IMG/VR virus record: IMGVR_UViG_3300037506_000146
Location: 1 to 39,531 of that record
Strand: one strand, 5' to 3'
Origin: a virus
Lineage: Duplodnaviria > Caudoviricetes
Length of the DNA: 39,531 nt
Position 1 is the first letter of the stretch; the number at the start of each line of letters is the position of its first letter. The translations under genes were made by a program, and so were the position numbers. The notes under the pieces were generated by a model, which saw only the letters and a program-made list of their open reading frames with translations, was not told the DNA's origin and searched no databases. This document shows, one piece after another, positions 35,771 to 39,531 of this stretch.

Positions 35771-37149
35771 TAAAAGTCCAAAACAAGGTACGTGTTTGGT
35801 GAGGTCTCCTTAACCATGCCGTGCGTTTTGGCAATATAAATACACTGTTGTACCATCTGCTTATTCCGAACGTCATACTTTTTTGCCCAATAAGAACTGC
35901 GACACATTTCATACGTAATCGTGTCACCATCTTTACTTTGCAGATAAGCGATAAACCCTAATAAGATTGATGCTTCTGCATCATTACGATCTCGCAAATT
36001 TGCAATTAACTTTTGGGCCTTACTCTCATAGTTTTCAGTTGGTTTTTTGGCGTCAGAAATAGGCAGGTCACGGTTAAAACCAGAATAATTTTGCAACAAA
36101 GGCATGGCATGCCATTTGTTCGTCTTGCTGTCAAAATACGCCCTGGTTGCAGGTGATTGATTCATTAAATCAAGCAACACATCTTTATTCGGTACGGGAA
36201 CAAATCGGGTGTTGAGAAAGCTATTTGTGGCACTCATGTTACGTGCGGACACCAGTGCGATTGTGCGATTAAACGTAGACCGAACACCGCCACTGATCCC
36301 CAGATCTTGGATGTGTGGGATCGGGGTCATCAGATACAAATACTCACGTCTACCGTTACCACTCGTAATGATGGACACCAAAAACTGCTTAAACCGAGCA
36401 AACAGCTCGGGTGACCCGGCTAACGCCATCGTGGCTAACACAGCCTCATCAAGTACCAACAGCTTGGGTGTGGGTATCTCCTGAAAATGCTGGATACCCT
36501 CCCACAACCAATCAGCGGCGACCCCTTTAGAAAGCCGGTCAATCCGACAGCGACGGACATCGTCAAACCCTTCAGTCCAGTACCCGTTCTCATTTGTTTT
36601 GTGAGCCGGGTCAATGGCCATAATGTACAACTGCGGGTATTTGGCTTTAAGCCGCCGACACACATTGCTGACCAAGATGCCTTTACCACTACCCGAAATA
36701 CCGACAATGATGGTGGATTCGGGCGTTTGAGCCATATCTTCGTCGATCCGCAGCACTGATCGCTTTGCCAGTGGTTTTGTTGGAGGTAGCACTAAGTCGG
36801 CTGGTTTGGGTTCAGGGTCTACAGTCTCAACATCAATCGCGTGAAGCTGAGTGTTTATGCTTGGACGGTAGGCTGGACACGAGTCTTCGGGTACCCAAGG
36901 GTCAGCTTCACTGTCGCCATTCGGGGGTAACAACGTTTGGTTAGGTTGTGGTTCATCATCATCGTGCTCTCTGGCATAGATGAGATCGTTTACGCCGGCG
37001 AAAACGATTAAAAAGGCGGCTGGTACGCCGCCTATCGTATAGAAGATAAAAGCACAGAGCATCATGGCTGTACCGATAACAGCGCGATCGCGCGTGATAT
37101 AGGCAAATAGCAATGGTGCTTCGCCTAAATCATTTTCGAGCTTGATCAT
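35770..37149 (-). CDS. Membrane-anchored FtsK/HerA-superfamily (TraB/SpoIIIE-like) P-loop ATPase
   Basis: N-terminal hydrophobic hairpin, Pro/acidic linker, Walker A GISGSGKG (36679-36702), AIDP, Walker B LLVLDE (36445-36462), separate ~80-aa helical C-terminal domain ending in a beta-hairpin. Confidence 0.8.
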   Translation of the reverse strand: MIKLENDLGEAPLLFAYITRDRAVIGTAMMLCAFIFYTIGGVPAAFLIVFAGVNDLIYAREHDDDEPQPNQTLLPPNGDSEADPWVPEDSCPAYRPSINTQLHAIDVETVDPEPKPADLVLPPTKPLAKRSVLRIDEDMAQTPESTIIVGISGSGKGILVSNVCRRLKAKYPQLYIMAIDPAHKTNENGYWTEGFDDVRRCRIDRLSKGVAADWLWEGIQHFQEIPTPKLLVLDEAVLATMALAGSPELFARFKQFLVSIITSGNGRREYLYLMTPIPHIQDLGISGGVRSTFNRTIALVSARNMSATNSFLNTRFVPVPNKDVLLDLMNQSPATRAYFDSKTNKWHAMPLLQNYSGFNRDLPISDAKKPTENYESKAQKLIANLRDRNDAEASILLGFIAYLQSKDGDTITYEMCRSSYWAKKYDVRNKQMVQQCIYIAKTHGMVKETSPNTYLVLDF

Positions 37150-37778
37150 GATTTATACACACCCTGATATCGCAGAGCTTGTAATATCGTCAACGCAATC
37201 CAAACGGAGGCCTCAACACCAAACAAGGCGATGGCAAACAGCACCATATTGTTAAAGTCGATGAGTGCAAAATCCCACCGACCCGCGTCCTCGTAAAACG
37301 CGGTAATACCGCCTTGGTAGGGCGGGTATTGTAAAAAGCAGACGACAAGCTCAAGGACGTAGCTCAACGCACGGAGCATTGAGAGCTGATTCCGTAACCA
37401 CACCGGTGGTTCCCAGTCCGTAAAATGAGCCAGTATTGGCGTGATCTCAATCGATTGGGTGACCGCCCATAACGTAATACCCATCAAGGCGGCAATGTTG
37501 GGCTGTATGAGAGCTCTTGCACCTTCGGCTAAATCGTGTCCGAAAAACGGTACCCACTCTAGGAGAAAATAAGGGACGACACTGATGTGACTGGCGGCTG
37601 ACTTTGCAACGGCGATCCAAGGCTGGACGTTGAGAAGGATCATAAACCCTAATCCAACCAACACCAAAAAAGAGAAAACTCTAGCCGCATTTGTTGGAGT
37701 CAACCAAACAAACGTGTTTTTAGGTTGTTTACTTGATCTCGCTGATACGTTTGGTTGTGTAGATCTGCGTCTATCCAT
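37146..37778 (-). CDS. Polytopic membrane protein (~4 TM)
   Basis: Basic N-terminus and several long hydrophobic segments; ATGA-coupled to the ATPase gene. Confidence 0.85.
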   Translation of the reverse strand: MDRRRSTQPNVSARSSKQPKNTFVWLTPTNAARVFSFLVLVGLGFMILLNVQPWIAVAKSAASHISVVPYFLLEWVPFFGHDLAEGARALIQPNIAALMGITLWAVTQSIEITPILAHFTDWEPPVWLRNQLSMLRALSYVLELVVCFLQYPPYQGGITAFYEDAGRWDFALIDFNNMVLFAIALFGVEASVWIALTILQALRYQGVYKS

Positions 37779-38170
37779 TACAAGCCTCTGTCTCTTATGA
37801 TTCGTCTTATTTGTTCAACCGGTGCGGATCGCACCGAGGTGATTAACCCACCTTTCACAATGGCAGTATACCCGCTATCCTTCGAGCACAAGGTGGTACC
37901 ATCAGGTAACAACCGTGCGCTTACTCGGTTTGTAGGATCGTAGAATGCCCTAGCCCCTTCGACTAGAGGGAACCTCTCGTCGATCAATAGACACGTTTTA
38001 GCGCGTCTAAGCACCTCACGCTCGTTCTCTTTGTCGCGCTGCTGACGCTCGTAAAACATGGACTGCTCATTTTTGGCATACTCGTTTTCCGCTATGGTCT
38101 GTCCGATACGTTTACCATTAAGCAATACCACTACAGCCGCAGAGATCCAGAAAAAAGAGGATACTTTCAC
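37778..38170 (-). CDS. N-terminally membrane-anchored protein with a two-Cys soluble domain
   Basis: GTG 38170 with GGAGG 8 nt upstream; SSFFWISAAVVVLL anchor, coiled segment, C...C domain; TAATG-coupled to the next gene. Confidence 0.8.
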   Translation of the reverse strand: MKVSSFFWISAAVVVLLNGKRIGQTIAENEYAKNEQSMFYERQQRDKENEREVLRRAKTCLLIDERFPLVEGARAFYDPTNRVSARLLPDGTTLCSKDSGYTAIVKGGLITSVRSAPVEQIRRIIRDRGL

Positions 38171-38183
38171 ATAACTAGCCTCC

Positions 38184-38216
38184 AAAAAAAAATAGAGGAA
38201 GTTGTTTATCTTCCTC
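38184..38216 (-). terminator. Intrinsic terminator just upstream of the membrane/ATPase module RBS
   Basis: Minus strand GAGGAAG-ATAAACAA-CTTCCTC-TA-T9. Confidence 0.7.
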
Positions 38217-38259
38217 CTGTTATTGACCTTGTTCAGCAGTAAGGCTAGGCAAAGTCACT

Positions 38260-38448
38260 CTAGCTATCTTTATCATGGTTTTCAATCAAAATCAGTGACA
38301 AACGATATTGCGTATGTTCGTGCAGGATAAGAGACAGTAACGCCCCAACGGATTCAATGTCAGGTTTCGACATAAATTGTTTCAGCGCTTCAACCCAGTC
38401 TTTGCTGAGGATAAGAACAGTCGATTGGTCTTCGTGTTGTTGACTCAT
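38260..38448 (-). CDS. Small protein, possible RHH fold
   Basis: TVLILSKDWVEALKQF...SVGALLSLIL strand-helix-helix pattern; ATGA-coupled. Confidence 0.55.
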   Translation of the reverse strand: MSQQHEDQSTVLILSKDWVEALKQFMSKPDIESVGALLSLILHEHTQYRLSLILIENHDKDS

Positions 38449-38720
38449 TTCTTTTGCGCTCGTTTTGTGATTTGTTCGTGCTTTGGTGTGGTACGTCTAC
38501 CAGGCTTACGCTTGCCATCCCGTAACCGCTGCAAATTACTGGGACTGTTGTTTGTGCGATCACCGTCCTTATGGTGGACAACAGAGCCGTCGTTGCGCTT
38601 GGCTCCAACCTTGTGTCGATACTCAACCCGCTTACCATGTTTGTACCGGCCATTGGCTTTGCCGATCCTTTTCATGTTTGCATTTTTTACTCTAGTCCCT
38701 CTTGTGGTCGTATTAGGCAT
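38445..38720 (-). CDS. Small basic HNH-motif protein
   Basis: VVHHKDGDRTNNSPSNL motif typical of phage HNH endonucleases. Confidence 0.75.
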   Translation of the reverse strand: MPNTTTRGTRVKNANMKRIGKANGRYKHGKRVEYRHKVGAKRNDGSVVHHKDGDRTNNSPSNLQRLRDGKRKPGRRTTPKHEQITKRAQKK

Positions 38721-38872
38721 TGATCCAGTACCTTAATGCGATTAGTAAGCACATAATCAGAAATAGCAGCGGTGACCGCTGAATCTATATCTAGCTTACT
38801 TTCTTGATCAAGGTACTTAATCAACTCAGAATAAACAGTTTCTGGCAACTCAACGACTAACGATATGTTCAT
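38687..38872 (-). CDS. Cyanobacterial DUF2811-like small (RHH-like) protein
   Basis: ISLVVELPETVYSELIKYLD...DSAVTAAISDYVLTN resembles the DUF2811 pattern as I recall it; AGAGG upstream of ATG 38872. Confidence 0.65.
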   Translation of the reverse strand: MNISLVVELPETVYSELIKYLDQESKLDIDSAVTAAISDYVLTNRIKVLDQCLIRPQEGLE

Positions 38873-38890
38873 AAAAAACCTCTGAGTAGT

Positions 38891-38921
38891 AAGAAAATAG
38901 GGGTTCAATTTGAACCCCTAT
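38891..38921 (-). terminator. Perfect 12-bp inverted repeat; terminator or operator
   Basis: ATAGGGGTTCAA-T-TTGAACCCCTAT (38897-38921), followed by TTTCTT on the minus strand. Confidence 0.65.
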
Positions 38922-38928
38922 GCGCAGC

Positions 38929-39099
38929 TTAGGGAGAAACTTTAGACAATCGTTCGATAGCAGAAGATTTAAGACGCATTAACGTTCCGTAAAATGGATT
39001 AAGCTTACACAGCGGTGGTAACTTAATACCAAACAACTTAATACGCGATATTGGACAGTCATTTGGCAACCTGACTAGTAATTGATCGATAGCTTTCAT
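38929..39099 (-). CDS. Hypothetical early protein
   Basis: ATG 39099 with GGAGG 6 nt upstream (track start 39165). Confidence 0.6.
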   Translation of the reverse strand: MKAIDQLLVRLPNDCPISRIKLFGIKLPPLCKLNPFYGTLMRLKSSAIERLSKVSP

Positions 39100-39161
39100 A
39101 ATCAACCTCCGATGTGGATTTAATAAACAAATGATCCACGTCGGTAAGATTGATTTATTTA

Positions 39162-39386
39162 TCAACGTGGATAAAATCCGAAATCGTTGTTTGCACGCAT
39201 AGTCAATACGTCAGGACACGGTGCAAACAGCTCATAATCATCCATTACGTCACTATCCAATCGTCTGAACAGAGCGGGTGATTCTGGGTAAAATTTACCA
39301 TCAAAGCGTTGGGCATAAATCCCCCACTGGTCTTCACCAGTATTCGAGATGTAAGCATATTTGAGTAGTTCAATCAGTGGTCTCAT
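39162..39386 (-). CDS. Hypothetical early protein
   Basis: 74-aa ORF in operon orientation. Confidence 0.6.
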   Translation of the reverse strand: MRPLIELLKYAYISNTGEDQWGIYAQRFDGKFYPESPALFRRLDSDVMDDYELFAPCPDVLTMRANNDFGFYPR

Positions 39387-39531
39387 GAGTCTGATTCAGC
39401 CTCTTTTGGATCGCGTCTAGGATCGGCTGATCCAGCTTAATCGCTGGATACTTATTACTGTCGAGTGTGAGTCCTCTGAAATTCATATCGGACACGAGCA
39501 TCTGCGCCAAGAAAGCCAAATCCTCAGCACG
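39370..39531 (-). CDS. Partial hypothetical protein (5' end outside the window)
   Basis: Open frame ...RAEDLAFLAQMLVSDMNFRGLTLDSNKYPAIKLDQPILDAIQKRLNQTHETTD* runs off the window edge. Confidence 0.5.
   Translation of the reverse strand, partial: RAEDLAFLAQMLVSDMNFRGLTLDSNKYPAIKLDQPILDAIQKRLNQTHETTD

Larger units (their letters stand above)
1..39531. mobile_element. T7-like freshwater cyanopodovirus genome, near complete
   Basis: Complete podovirus virion module and T7-like replisome in convergent arms; HIP1 enrichment; no host housekeeping genes. Confidence 0.9.

Noticed and set aside
35770-38170. Classical conjugative T4SS, or a packaging ATPase
   Set aside because: No relaxase or VirB-like genes are seen, and a terminase and portal already account for packaging.
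1-39531. Phage RNA polymerase, integrase, tRNA or photosynthesis auxiliary genes
   Set aside because: No matching motifs were recognised; the right end is truncated, so absence from the full genome is not proven.

Overview
This window is most of the genome (right end truncated) of a T7-like cyanobacterial podovirus with the two-arm, convergent layout of the freshwater Pf-WMP3/Pf-WMP4/PP/A-4L-type phages. That assignment comes from gene order, protein motifs and at least 12 HIP1 octamers (GCGATCGC), not from a database search. A ~1.46 kb AT-rich, repeat-rich non-coding region is followed by a + strand virion arm (1468-26692). It encodes an HxH-repeat fibre, terminase, portal, scaffold, capsid, tail tubes A/B, internal virion proteins with M23, lytic transglycosylase and ART-like domains, and a C1q-tipped fibre. 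The - strand early/replication arm (26678-39531) encodes RHH/HTH regulators, SSB, ERF, PolA, endonuclease I and primase-helicase. No RNA polymerase, integrase, tRNA or CRISPR was seen. The best candidate for an undescribed system is at 34580-38216. Two membrane proteins are translationally coupled to a membrane-anchored FtsK/TraB-like ATPase with a probable C-terminal winged helix. They are followed by a GGGAYA repeat array, a membrane-anchored HNH-like gene, a helically phased palindrome array and a RacA/Par-like HTH-coiled-coil gene. This resembles Streptomyces TraB-clt-Spd spreading modules and could move phage DNA between cells of a filamentous host (inference). The second candidate is a perfect palindromic Fur-type box just downstream of a sigma70-like promoter, ahead of the arm carrying a 12x HxH putative iron-binding fibre.
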